From IMG/VR virus record IMGVR_UViG_3300031992_000041, positions 64,001-108,489 of that record: a stretch of DNA of 44,489 nt. The stretch is one strand, 5' to 3'. Position numbers and translations under genes: made by a program. Of this stretch, positions 28,243-36,909 are shown one piece after another. Source of the DNA: a virus. Lineage: Duplodnaviria; Heunggongvirae; Uroviricota; Caudoviricetes. The notes beneath the pieces are model-generated. The model ran no database searches and was not told the origin of the DNA. It worked only from the letters and a program-made list of their open reading frames with translations. The first letter of the stretch is position 1; every line of letters starts with the position of its first letter.

Positions 28243-29535
28243 ATGCCAAACGCACTTAATCTATCGCAGGTGCAGACTGTCACCGAACAGTTGCACGTCG
28301 ACCTGGTGGCCCGCGCCTCCATGTTGAACGACAGGATGCTGGAGGATCTCCACATCACTGTCACTACCGATGTTGAGAACATCGACAAGGTGTTCATCTT
28401 CAACGACAAGGGCCTGCTGGCACGTCAGTACAAGCAGGGTGCCGTGAAGAAGGTGCAACTCGGTACGATGGTCGAGAATCCCGCCAAGGTGATCCTCGCA
28501 GTGACACACCCACAGGACAACGTCCAGAAGTATCGTGAGAAGGAGCCCTTCCACGTGAACTCCGACGGCACCAACAATGCCGAGAAGACGCAGTTCCTGC
28601 TCGGCAAGGTCTCTGAGCGCCACGCTCAGGACGTGCGCGCCAACTACTTCTTCGGCAATGAGTCAAATGCCAAGTTGCCGGAGACTGCCGAGAACCAGGT
28701 GAAACTCGGACTGTCGCTCTACGACGGTATCTACACCAAGGTGGCTCAGGCCATCACCAAGGGCTTCATCAGCGCAGCCATCGGAAACCTCGTGACCACT
28801 GGCGACCTGCTGGATCCCAGCGTGACACCGCAGCAGTGCTATGCCAAGTTCAAGGAGGCCTACAACGCCTTGAACGACGACCTGCGCGCCGCCGACGAGA
28901 TCTTCGCCTACGTCAGTTCCGCACTGGCCGACAAGATCGTGGAGGGTTACATGCTGACCCATCCGCAACTCTCGCCGACCACCCTCACCGAGGGATGGAA
29001 GTTCACCCAGATGAAGAACCTGACGCTCATCTCCCATACATCCATGGGTAAGGGCTCGCAGATCATCTTCACCCTTGACGGCAACCTGGAGTACATCTGC
29101 GACATCCGTCCTGAAGGCCAGTCGAGCATCACCGTGGAGCGCAACAGCGACGACCACAACCTGTTTGACTACCAGATCCAGACCGCCCAGGCCACCCGCA
29201 TCCGCGACTACAGCCCGAAGGTGATCTGTGTCAACGAGCAGATCAACGTCCCGAACAACGTGCCTTCAGGCGACTACATCGCCGACGTGTTCACCGTCGC
29301 ATCCAGCGACGAGAGCGAGGGTACGGCAGCCATCACCTCCGGCGAGAAGGACCTCTACCAGGAGGGCGACACCATCACCGTGACGGCTACGCCGAAGGCA
29401 GGCTTCAAGTTTGCCGGATGGAGCGACGGCGCACTGGCCAACCCGTACAACTACATGTTTGGCGGCGGCGTGATGAACCTCGTGGCCATGTTCGAGAGCG
29501 AGTCGGCAAGCAGCGACTCCGGCTCGTCCAACTAA
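28243..29535 (+). CDS. Major capsid protein with C-terminal Ig-like (InlB B-repeat-like) domain
   Basis: Position after protease; C-terminal YQEGDTITVTATPKAGFKFAGWSDG..NPY..VAMFE. Confidence 0.7.
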   Translation: MPNALNLSQVQTVTEQLHVDLVARASMLNDRMLEDLHITVTTDVENIDKVFIFNDKGLLARQYKQGAVKKVQLGTMVENPAKVILAVTHPQDNVQKYREKEPFHVNSDGTNNAEKTQFLLGKVSERHAQDVRANYFFGNESNAKLPETAENQVKLGLSLYDGIYTKVAQAITKGFISAAIGNLVTTGDLLDPSVTPQQCYAKFKEAYNALNDDLRAADEIFAYVSSALADKIVEGYMLTHPQLSPTTLTEGWKFTQMKNLTLISHTSMGKGSQIIFTLDGNLEYICDIRPEGQSSITVERNSDDHNLFDYQIQTAQATRIRDYSPKVICVNEQINVPNNVPSGDYIADVFTVASSDESEGTAAITSGEKDLYQEGDTITVTATPKAGFKFAGWSDGALANPYNYMFGGGVMNLVAMFESESASSDSGSSN

Positions 29536-29627
29536 ACCCATCGGAGGTGAGCGGCGCGAGTAGCATACGCCAAAGCGCCGCCCTCTGACTTCTCTTAAAA
29601 ACAACAACACAAAAAAACAATACGACT

Positions 29628-30188
29628 ATGCTGAATTGCGTACCAAAAAGCGTTCTTTCCTCGGCTACCTGCCAGGAGAACCCCGCTGGTCTGAGCAACC
29701 ACCTGTTTGCCGTTCCCGTCGACAGCAACCATATCACCGAGATGGTACCCAACGACGAGAAGAACCAGTATGACATCACCCCAGCCGGCGGCGCACAGGC
29801 CGCCCTGAAGGGCATCCGAATCGACTACAAGTCCCAGACGGGCCAGTACACCTCTGAGGACAACGGCACCGGCAAGGGCTGGAGCGCATCCGCCACAGGC
29901 CGCGTGGAACTGAACGAGGACGGCATGGCTCACACCAGCCGCGTCCTGCACAACTCTGACAAGTTCCTGTACTTCTTCCCCACCGGCAAGAAGGTTGACG
30001 GAAAGACTGAGTTCATCGTCGTTGGCAACGAGAACGGCGAGGCCGAGTGGGCAGTGGCTTCCGACACGGGCGCCAACCGTAACGACGACCACGGACAGAC
30101 CTTCACCGTGACCTGCGCCTACCAACTTTATCCCATGACCAAGTGGTACGGCACCATCGAGGTAGAGGATGAAGAGTCAAGCGACTAA
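29628..30188 (+). CDS. Tail tube (major tail)-like protein
   Basis: 186 aa; CQENPAGL, FIVVG, SDTG..DDHGQTFTV pattern of Bacteroidetes siphophage tube proteins. Confidence 0.55.
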   Translation: MLNCVPKSVLSSATCQENPAGLSNHLFAVPVDSNHITEMVPNDEKNQYDITPAGGAQAALKGIRIDYKSQTGQYTSEDNGTGKGWSASATGRVELNEDGMAHTSRVLHNSDKFLYFFPTGKKVDGKTEFIVVGNENGEAEWAVASDTGANRNDDHGQTFTVTCAYQLYPMTKWYGTIEVEDEESSD

Positions 30189-30215
30189 TGTCATTTTGCT
30201 AATATCCATCCACGA

Positions 30216-30249
30216 GGCTCAGGCTCCGCAAACGGGCCTGGGCCTTTTT
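30216..30249 (+). terminator. Rho-independent terminator
   Basis: AGGCTCAGGCTC/GGGCCTGGGCCT hairpin followed by a T-run. Confidence 0.7.
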
Positions 30250-30281
30250 AACTAAGAAGTAAAAACCAAGGAACAAGAGTC

Positions 30282-30896
30282 ATGCACATTATAAATCCAT
30301 GCTGCGCCAAGAAGGATCTGATGATGCTTCGCGACGCATTAGGAAAGAGTGGAACAAGGCAGTTCGAGGGCTACGGCGACCTGTCGCTGACGGAACTGCT
30401 GCCTGCGCTGCTGACGCGCTATAGCGAGACTGAGATGATGATTGTCGCCCCCTCGCTGCCAGACCAGGCCGCCGAGGTCATCGCCAGGTGGATGAAGCGC
30501 CAGTGGGCACGTATGGACGGCAAGGGCAGGTTGGACGTCATCAGCCATCTGACCATCGTTGCCGACATGGATGCCGGGAAGTCGCCGCTGGCTTCCGGAT
30601 GGCTGAGTGAGAATCCGTTCGGAGGGTGCCTGACGCTCTGCGACAGGAAACAGGCAGACACGGCCATCCTGCTTCCGGACTTCGTCATCACCGGTCCCGT
30701 GAACATGCAGTACGGCCATCGCTTCACGGCCACGGCCACGACCGATCCGGCACGTGTGGCCGACGCGTGGAGGCAGTTCGCCTCTCTGGCAAGTCCAGAG
30801 GAAACGGCGAAGACGGAGGAGGCCGAGGAGCATCTTGCGGCGAAAGAGGCCCAGACGGCGGGCGGGCGTAGGCGCAGGCCGTCGTTCAGGCGATAG
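30282..30896 (+). CDS. Hypothetical protein
   Basis: 204 aa, GC3-rich, AT-rich leader. Confidence 0.7.
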   Translation: MHIINPCCAKKDLMMLRDALGKSGTRQFEGYGDLSLTELLPALLTRYSETEMMIVAPSLPDQAAEVIARWMKRQWARMDGKGRLDVISHLTIVADMDAGKSPLASGWLSENPFGGCLTLCDRKQADTAILLPDFVITGPVNMQYGHRFTATATTDPARVADAWRQFASLASPEETAKTEEAEEHLAAKEAQTAGGRRRRPSFRR

Positions 30897-31371
30897 GCTG
30901 CACGCCCATCAGGTCCTGTATGCGGAACGTGACGGAGGTCTTGCTTCCGTCGCGCTCGACGGTGCATACATAGGTATCCCTGTCGGCCTGTACGAAGGCC
31001 CGTGTCAGTCCGTCGCGGAAGGTGAGGATCAGGTGGCTTGGCGTGCGCTCCAGGGCAAGCAGGTGGTTGCAGACCACGAAGTCGCGGTCGTCCACCTGGC
31101 ATGTCACCTTGACGGTATGCAGGCGTCCGGCCACGCTGTCCGACTCGTCGTCGACGGCCTTCCCCGTGTGCAGCACGATGGGTATGAGCACGCCTCCGGC
31201 GACTGCCGCCCGCCGCCCGATGGTGACGGCGTTGGTGAGGGTGGGGGAGAACCCGCCGGCACCGATGACCGGCGTGAGTTGCCATTCGGCGAGGCCTGGC
31301 ACGAAGTCCGTGACGGGGACGGCCACGATGGCCGTCAGGTCGTCCAATACAAATTCCTTGCAGTTGTTCAT
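30886..31371 (-). CDS. Hypothetical beta-rich protein
   Basis: Start reassigned to MNNCKEF (31371), just downstream of promoter motif copy 6. Confidence 0.7.
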   Translation of the reverse strand: MNNCKEFVLDDLTAIVAVPVTDFVPGLAEWQLTPVIGAGGFSPTLTNAVTIGRRAAVAGGVLIPIVLHTGKAVDDESDSVAGRLHTVKVTCQVDDRDFVVCNHLLALERTPSHLILTFRDGLTRAFVQADRDTYVCTVERDGSKTSVTFRIQDLMGVQPIA

Positions 31372-31388
31372 CTTTGCGCTTTTTATGG

Positions 31389-31423
31389 TAATATCGGTGT
31401 TTCTGGGGCCATCGTCAAGGGCA
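31389..31423 (-). promoter_or_regulatory. Element-specific promoter motif, copy 6
   Basis: Minus strand TGCCCTTGAC-N18-GATATTA. Confidence 0.65.
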
Positions 31424-31500
31424 GGGCTGGCAGGTGCAAGGCAGAAAGGGGGAGACGGGCAAGGCCCGAATCCCCCGACCAACACGGCGATGATGGTATG

Positions 31501-31782
31501 TCATACAAGTCTGGCAAGCCTGCTTGTCAGCCACAGCACGCCGCTCCATAGCGCATTGCCTGCGATGTTGCTCGCGAAGTCCTCGCCGAAGGTCTGCTGG
31601 TGCCTGCGCAGGTCTGCGATCTGCGCCGACTGCCGCTGCAGTGCCTTCAGGATATCGTCCGTGCTCCGCTGCTGCATGGTCATCTGAATGAAGAGCCTTT
31701 TCTCTTCATCTGTCATGCGGTCGTACATCTCCTCCAGGACCTTTCGACGCATGAGCGCTTCTGCGGCGGCGGCATAGTCCAT
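31501..31782 (-). CDS. Hypothetical protein
   Basis: 93 aa, coupled to the upstream ORF; GNALW motif and hydrophobic tail. Confidence 0.7.
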   Translation of the reverse strand: MDYAAAAEALMRRKVLEEMYDRMTDEEKRLFIQMTMQQRSTDDILKALQRQSAQIADLRRHQQTFGEDFASNIAGNALWSGVLWLTSRLARLV

Positions 31783-32285
31783 TACCAGAGGAAGTACTTG
31801 CGGATGTCGTAAACAGCATCCTTGTCCTTGAGGTTCTTCAGCGCCATCTTGTAGCAGGCGGATATAATATCCTCGTCGGCGGGCGAGAGCGGCTTGCCGA
31901 GAAGCGCGGCTATCTCATCCCCGAAGTCGGAGTATATCTTGTTCATCTCCACCCACAGTGCGCAGCGGTTGTAGTACGGCGCATCCTCCAGCGGCAGGCC
32001 GAACGACTCCATGGCCGCTTTCCACTGGTCGCGCGGCCACGGTGCCTTGGGATCCATGCCGGCGACAATCTTCTCTGCCTCCTTCGGCGTGAGGTACTGC
32101 TTCCACCTGATGCTCTCAAGTTGGCTGATCATCTCCTCTGCCACCTCGGGCTTGGACTGGATGAGATAGTCCATCATCTCGGTCATCACGCAGCCGAACA
32201 CCTTCATGTTCCTCGGGTCGCGGCTTGTGGCCATGTAGTCGTACAGACCGTCGTAGCGGTCTTTCATCTCTTCTGCTGATGTCAT
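31782..32285 (-). CDS. Hypothetical protein
   Basis: 167 aa, coupled on both sides. Confidence 0.8.
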   Translation of the reverse strand: MTSAEEMKDRYDGLYDYMATSRDPRNMKVFGCVMTEMMDYLIQSKPEVAEEMISQLESIRWKQYLTPKEAEKIVAGMDPKAPWPRDQWKAAMESFGLPLEDAPYYNRCALWVEMNKIYSDFGDEIAALLGKPLSPADEDIISACYKMALKNLKDKDAVYDIRKYFLW

Positions 32286-32491
32286 TTCCTTGTCTTTTTA
32301 GGGTTTGTCTTTGTAGGATTCTTACGGATTGCGACCCCTGACGGCTTTTTCCCTTCCGTCGGGGCCTTTGCCCCTGGCTGCTCCTGTGGCGCGGCCACCG
32401 GCTGGGCCTTCCTGCCGCATCCCGGGCACGGGGCCTCAGGCACCTGCCGCGTCGTCTGCGGCGGTATCTGCTGTTGGATAAATCTTCCCAT
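32282..32491 (-). CDS. Small hypothetical protein with CPGCG motif
   Basis: Start at MGRFIQQQ; basic tail; coupled to the next gene. Confidence 0.55.
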   Translation of the reverse strand: MGRFIQQQIPPQTTRQVPEAPCPGCGRKAQPVAAPQEQPGAKAPTEGKKPSGVAIRKNPTKTNPKKTRK

Positions 32492-32810
32492 AGATCTGAT
32501 CGTAGAGTCTGTCGATAAGTCCTTCGATAAGTTCAAGCCAGATGGCGAGGTACGAACAAGAGAGGGATATTGCGAGCAACCGTGGCAGGACTGAGGGAAG
32601 GGCGGCCAGGAGGCCGTCGCCGCTCAGGCCTGTCGAAGTGGCAGTCACGTGGCATGCCAGACAATAGGCGAAGACGCTCCAGCACGTGAAGCACTTCGGA
32701 CAGTTGATGATGGGAATCCGATGCTTGATCAGTTTCTCTACGTCCGCTATCAGACTGAGGTGATTCACAGTCGTGCAGACGAACACGATTGCCGCAATAT
32801 CCATCCACAT
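32436..32810 (-). CDS. Small membrane protein with CPKC motif
   Basis: 124 aa, 2-3 hydrophobic segments, CPKCFTCW. Confidence 0.65.
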   Translation of the reverse strand: MWMDIAAIVFVCTTVNHLSLIADVEKLIKHRIPIINCPKCFTCWSVFAYCLACHVTATSTGLSGDGLLAALPSVLPRLLAISLSCSYLAIWLELIEGLIDRLYDQIYGKIYPTADTAADDAAGA

Positions 32811-32823
32811 ACGGTATCCTTGT

Positions 32824-33297
32824 TTACGTTCCAGCCGTCACCTCGATGCTCGTTGTGATGGCAATCTGGTTTGTACACGGTTTGGTGCCGCGGCAGCACC
32901 CGCAGCCGTTGTTCAGGTAATAGGTGATGGGCTTTGGTGATGCCTTCACCTCTCCGAGGGTCAGCGTCGGCTGTGTCGCCGACGTGCATAGCACACAGTC
33001 CTGAAGGGTGACATACTCCGTCGCCGGCCTGCAGGATCCGCACGGGCAATAGGTCACGGTGCCGGCCAGCAGGAACTCCTGACAGTAGATGCCGTTGCCG
33101 AGATCGACCGGCTGTCCGACGGCCTGGAGGTCGAGACTGCACTGGACGGGCCGCGAGGGGTCGCTGAGCGCCATCTTCTGGTTCCCGCAGGTGTAGTGGG
33201 TCAGGCCCAGTCCGTACACCCCGGCGGTCTCGGACGCAAGCAGGAAGTCCTTCACGTCCGATCCGTTCTTGAAATTACAGTTACATTTACAACTCAT
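32824..33297 (-). CDS. Cys-rich hypothetical protein
   Basis: 157 aa with CKCNC, CPCGSC and CGCC. Confidence 0.75.
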   Translation of the reverse strand: MSCKCNCNFKNGSDVKDFLLASETAGVYGLGLTHYTCGNQKMALSDPSRPVQCSLDLQAVGQPVDLGNGIYCQEFLLAGTVTYCPCGSCRPATEYVTLQDCVLCTSATQPTLTLGEVKASPKPITYYLNNGCGCCRGTKPCTNQIAITTSIEVTAGT

Positions 33298-33375
33298 GAT
33301 AGTTTTGTTTTTGTGTTGTTGATTGTCTTGGGGCCCTACTTATGCGCCAGCCCCTTATTGCGCTATGGTGGGCCG

Positions 33376-33702
33376 CTACTCCTGTTCCTCAAACAGGTTG
33401 CCCTCTATGGGCTGCGGGCTGCTGAACTCCGCCTCCGACGACTGGATGGCCGCGATGCGCGCCTCCATGTCGGTCAGGCGCTGCGACTGTATGTCAAGAC
33501 GCTGGATGACGGCGTTCATCACATCGAACATCTGGAACGACATCCTTGCCGCGCAGAAGGCGTGCTGCTGATAGCCGCACTTCGTGCAGTCCTTCGGGCA
33601 CGGGCGTGCCTGCTGCTGACTCCCTGCCGGGGCCTGTCCTTGCTGTTTAGGATCGGCGGCACCTGCCACCCGCTCCTGTGGTTTGTTGTTTGTCTCTGCC
33701 AT
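33376..33702 (-). CDS. Hypothetical protein (CxxxCxxC..C plus coiled coil)
   Basis: 108 aa, AT-rich leader. Confidence 0.7.
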   Translation of the reverse strand: MAETNNKPQERVAGAADPKQQGQAPAGSQQQARPCPKDCTKCGYQQHAFCAARMSFQMFDVMNAVIQRLDIQSQRLTDMEARIAAIQSSEAEFSSPQPIEGNLFEEQE

Positions 33703-33708
33703 GTTGTT

Positions 33709-33927
33709 CTATTGTTTTGATAAAAACTTAACCATTTCATACAATACGAAGGGACTGTCCTTCAGTCTGCCGAATGCCTCGGCTATCTTGTCGCCAGACA
33801 CCATGACGCCCTTCTCGCACATGAGCGCGATGAAGTCCTTGATGGCCTGCTCCCCGCGCCTGGCCTCGTCATCATCCCTTGCGAAGATGTTGAACGAGAT
33901 GTTCCTGATTCCTTTATTTACATCCAT
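33709..33927 (-). CDS. Hypothetical protein
   Basis: Start at MDVNKGIRN; 72 aa. Confidence 0.65.
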   Translation of the reverse strand: MDVNKGIRNISFNIFARDDDEARRGEQAIKDFIALMCEKGVMVSGDKIAEAFGRLKDSPFVLYEMVKFLSKQ

Positions 33928-33992
33928 TTGCCGTGTCAATACATTTTTTAACTCAGTTTTTCAACATATCTATGCGCACTTTTTCAGTATGA

Positions 33993-34379
33993 TTATGCGT
34001 TGATGTCTGGGATGGGCTTCACGGCCCCTGCTTCTGCAGGCCCCGGCATGGCGTTGAAGCCAAGCGACAGCGGTGGCAGGCGGTTGCCGGTCATGCCGCG
34101 CACGAACTCGTAGGCCTGCGCCAGCGTGTCCTTGTTGTTGCCGAGCCACGAGACGATGCCGTTGGCCACGTCCTTCGTCGAATCGACCCACGTCTGCGGT
34201 GCCGGGTCGAAGTCGGGCAGGTTGGGCATGTCCTTCGCGAAGAAGTCATACAACTTGCTTGCCTCGTCGATGTCGGCCTTGCATATTATGAGGCACTGCA
34301 TCTTCAGGGTGGCCTTGCTGGTGGGTCTGAGCGCTTGTATCATCTCTGCCTGTCTCTTTCTGTTAGTAAACCATTTCAT
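33993..34379 (-). CDS. Hypothetical protein
   Basis: 128 aa with GC3-rich codons. Confidence 0.75.
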   Translation of the reverse strand: MKWFTNRKRQAEMIQALRPTSKATLKMQCLIICKADIDEASKLYDFFAKDMPNLPDFDPAPQTWVDSTKDVANGIVSWLGNNKDTLAQAYEFVRGMTGNRLPPLSLGFNAMPGPAEAGAVKPIPDINA

Positions 34380-34398
34380 GTCGCCGTGTGGTTAAGAT

Positions 34399-34494
34399 GG
34401 CCGGAATGTGCTTAATTGTACACTTTTGTACATTGAAAGTCTGCCGAAGCATCTTTATTCAGACGTTTTTGTACAAATAAGCACAATCACGGCC
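34399..34494. repeat. Long imperfect inverted repeat
   Basis: GGCCGGAATGTGCTTAATTGTACA (34399-34422) pairs with TGTACAAATAAGCACAATCACGGCC (34470-34494); inner GTCTG/CAGAC stem. Confidence 0.8.
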
Positions 34495-34505
34495 AAATTT
34501 ACACC

Positions 34506-35057
34506 TTAGCCGTTGCAGCCACAGCCAGGGCAGTTACAGGGCTGGGGAGCCGAGTAGATGCAGACGGGCTGTGCATCGAGGCTGGAGCGGCCTGTCAGAC
34601 GGTCGGAGACAATCTGGTTCATGGCCGTGGCGTAGGCCGAGTTCTCCACGGTGGTAGCCTGGGTCTGAGCCGCGCTCTGCTGGCCGCTGATCGTGTCGGT
34701 GATGGTCTGCGTGATATTCAGGTCGCCGTTGATGCGACGGGTCACCTCAGACTCCAGCAATGCGCCGATGTTGTCCAGACGCTTGTCAACACCGTTGTAG
34801 TAGGCGACTGCCAGTTCCTTGGCTGACTGTGCAGCCTCCTTGGCTTCCTTGCCCTTTGCGCTGGCCTGCATGCCTCCGAAGATCCACGCGGTAACGCCAG
34901 CCACGACGGCAACAGAGCCAACAGTCAGTCCGGCGATGGCCACGCCTGACGGTTTCTTTGCGGACAGGTAGTCCAATTTCACTTGCTCATAGGGAGTCAT
35001 CCCTTCCTTCTCGCCCATCGAACGGAGGGCCATCAGGTCTTGCATTTCTAATGCCAT
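34506..35057 (-). CDS. Hypothetical membrane-anchored protein with Cys-rich C-terminus
   Basis: 183 aa; hydrophobic GVAIAGLTVGSVAVVAGVTAWIFGG; ends CNCPGCGCNG. Confidence 0.8.
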   Translation of the reverse strand: MALEMQDLMALRSMGEKEGMTPYEQVKLDYLSAKKPSGVAIAGLTVGSVAVVAGVTAWIFGGMQASAKGKEAKEAAQSAKELAVAYYNGVDKRLDNIGALLESEVTRRINGDLNITQTITDTISGQQSAAQTQATTVENSAYATAMNQIVSDRLTGRSSLDAQPVCIYSAPQPCNCPGCGCNG

Positions 35058-35179
35058 AGTGGTTTTGTTTTTGTGTTGTTAATAATGTGGTTATTTATCT
35101 CGCGGGTTCCTTGCAGAATCCACGGGCAAATTTAGACATTAAAACAATGCGCTCCAAAGTTTACAGGGAAAACAGGGGG

Positions 35180-35401
35180 TCACACCGTGACCCGCCTCGA
35201 AAGCCTTTTCACCACGCGCTTCACGGTGCTTTCGCTGACGTGGTACTTCTTCCTGAAATGCTGGTATATGCGCTCCTTCGGCACGCCGTCCCTCAGCAGG
35301 GATAGGTATTCCTCGTACATGGGCACGTGTCTGGCGTCATCGACTGACAGGCCAAACTTTGACATGAGGCTGACTTGACATAGATTAAGTTTTAGCACCA
35401 T
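35180..35401 (-). CDS. Small helix-turn-helix DNA-binding protein
   Basis: IYQHFRKKYHVSESTVKRVVKRL; start placed at MVLKLNL. Confidence 0.65.
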   Translation of the reverse strand: MVLKLNLCQVSLMSKFGLSVDDARHVPMYEEYLSLLRDGVPKERIYQHFRKKYHVSESTVKRVVKRLSRRVTV

Positions 35402-35502
35402 ATAGCCACTTATCTCGTCTATGTTGCCGGGATTTTCTTTTGAATTATTATAACTTTGCATCGGCGATTAATGATTTGACATGTTACTACCAAGGGCTTA
35501 TA

Positions 35503-35578
35503 GTCCCCCAGCCAGTCGGGTAACATGCCATTTAATCGCCAAATTAAATATCGACTGGCGGGGACTTTTTCTTTTTTC
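35503..35578 (+). terminator. Long-loop hairpin with U-tract (leader or small-RNA end)
   Basis: AGTCCCC..GCCAGTCG / CGACTGGCGGGGACT followed by TTTTCTTTTTT; TAACTTTG (-7 box) at 35451-35458. Confidence 0.6.
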
Positions 35579-35580
35579 CG

Positions 35581-35615
35581 CAAGATACTGGAAAAATGGT
35601 CGTAAATCAAGGGCA
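35581..35615 (-). promoter_or_regulatory. Element-specific promoter motif, copy 7
   Basis: Minus strand TGCCCTTGAT-N18-TATCTTG heading the minus-strand operon. Confidence 0.65.
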
Positions 35616-35702
35616 ACAGGATTTGCGTGACGGGTGGCGTATATGAAGGACGATACTCGCGTGCAGACATTTTTTAGAATATAACAATACTATCAGTCTA
35701 AA

Positions 35703-36854
35703 ATGGAAAAAGCAAAACGACCGAAAATCAGGTACCGGCTGACCTGGAACTACGGCAACCGACTTGACAGGCAGGGTCGATCGCCGGTGGCCCTGGAGTG
35801 CAGGCAGGGAACAAGGAAGATATACATATCGTCGAAGGTTATGCTCGCGGCAGGGCAATGGATGGACGGCAGGGTGGTCAACCACCAGAACGCAGACAAA
35901 CTGACCGTCTGGCTCGTGCGATGGATGAACTCCATCGAGGAGATCGAACTCGACGCGCTGCTGGCAGGCTCGCAGATGTCGCTCGCGCAACTGAAGTCGG
36001 CCGTCAGCGACAGCGCGCACCGGTCGGCCTCGCTCAGGGACTTCACGGAGAGGTTCCTCGACGGCGACTCCAGCCGCTGTGAGACCACGAAGCGGTCGTA
36101 CCGCTACATGGTGAACGACCTGGAGAAGGAGTACGGCAGCCTGACCGTTGGCGACGTGAACTACGACCTGATCGTGCGATGGCGCGAGGTCATGCGGCGC
36201 AGGAATCTCAGCGAGAACACCATCAGAGGCCGCCTGAAGGCATTGCGCTGCCTGATGGAGCAGGCGCGGCTGCGCGACATCATCGAGAGGAACCCGTTCG
36301 ACAGCATCACCATCGGCAACATAGGGGGCCGCAAGGGAGGACTGACCGTCGGCGAGGTTCGCAGGCTGGAGAGGCTCAACCTGTCCGGCAAGGAGGAGAA
36401 GGTGCGCGACCTCTTCCTGGTTGGATGCTACACGGGCCTCCGCTGGGGCGACCTGTCGTCGCTTGAAGAGTCGGAGATCCACAACGGCATCCTGCGCAAG
36501 ACCATGCACAAGACGCACCACGAGGTGGCCATTCCGCTGGCCACGCTCTTCTGGGGCAAGGGAATGCGTATCATGGAGAAGTACCCCGACATCCGCGTAC
36601 TGTCTAAATGCGTGTGCAACACCACCGCCAACCGCATCCTGAAAGACTTGGCCGAAAGGGCGAAGATCAAGAAACGCGTGTACATGCACCTGGCCAGGAA
36701 GACGTTCTCGCAGATGCTCAACTCACTGGGCATGGAAAGATCTGACATCACCATGCTCATGGGCCACCGCGACGTACGCACGACACTCACGCACTACATC
36801 TTTAACGACACTGACCGCATCAAGAAATCCGTGAAGAAAATCTTTAAGACATAG
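35703..36854 (+). CDS. Tyrosine recombinase (Bacteroidetes integrase type), probable shufflon recombinase
   Basis: Catalytic set YTGLRWGD (R), MHKT (K), HLARKT (HxxR), MGH..TTLTHY (H,Y); N-terminal arm-binding-like and SAM-like domains; ends 56 bp before the first array site. Confidence 0.93.
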   Translation: MEKAKRPKIRYRLTWNYGNRLDRQGRSPVALECRQGTRKIYISSKVMLAAGQWMDGRVVNHQNADKLTVWLVRWMNSIEEIELDALLAGSQMSLAQLKSAVSDSAHRSASLRDFTERFLDGDSSRCETTKRSYRYMVNDLEKEYGSLTVGDVNYDLIVRWREVMRRRNLSENTIRGRLKALRCLMEQARLRDIIERNPFDSITIGNIGGRKGGLTVGEVRRLERLNLSGKEEKVRDLFLVGCYTGLRWGDLSSLEESEIHNGILRKTMHKTHHEVAIPLATLFWGKGMRIMEKYPDIRVLSKCVCNTTANRILKDLAERAKIKKRVYMHLARKTFSQMLNSLGMERSDITMLMGHRDVRTTLTHYIFNDTDRIKKSVKKIFKT

Positions 36855-36909
36855 CACAGGCATCCATAGCGGCCACATCACGTTCCTGATCTGTCTTGTC
36901 ACGGCTCAG

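Noticed and set aside
29062-29100. CCCTTGAC inside the capsid gene (and reverse copies near 8928, 9556, 18119) as extra promoter copies
   Set aside because: Intragenic, lacking the TG prefix and/or the downstream box at 18 bp
30282-30896. Phospholipase-D-like nuclease call
   Set aside because: Only a vague resemblance; no HxK motif
235-36790. Many long overlapping or antisense ORFs (e.g. 235-954, 767-1756, 14425-15600, 18892-20298, 19248-20399, 26577-27944, 35607-36689)
   Set aside because: Shadow frames of GC3-rich genes; low-complexity Arg/Ala/Gly or Leu/Val translations with no motifs
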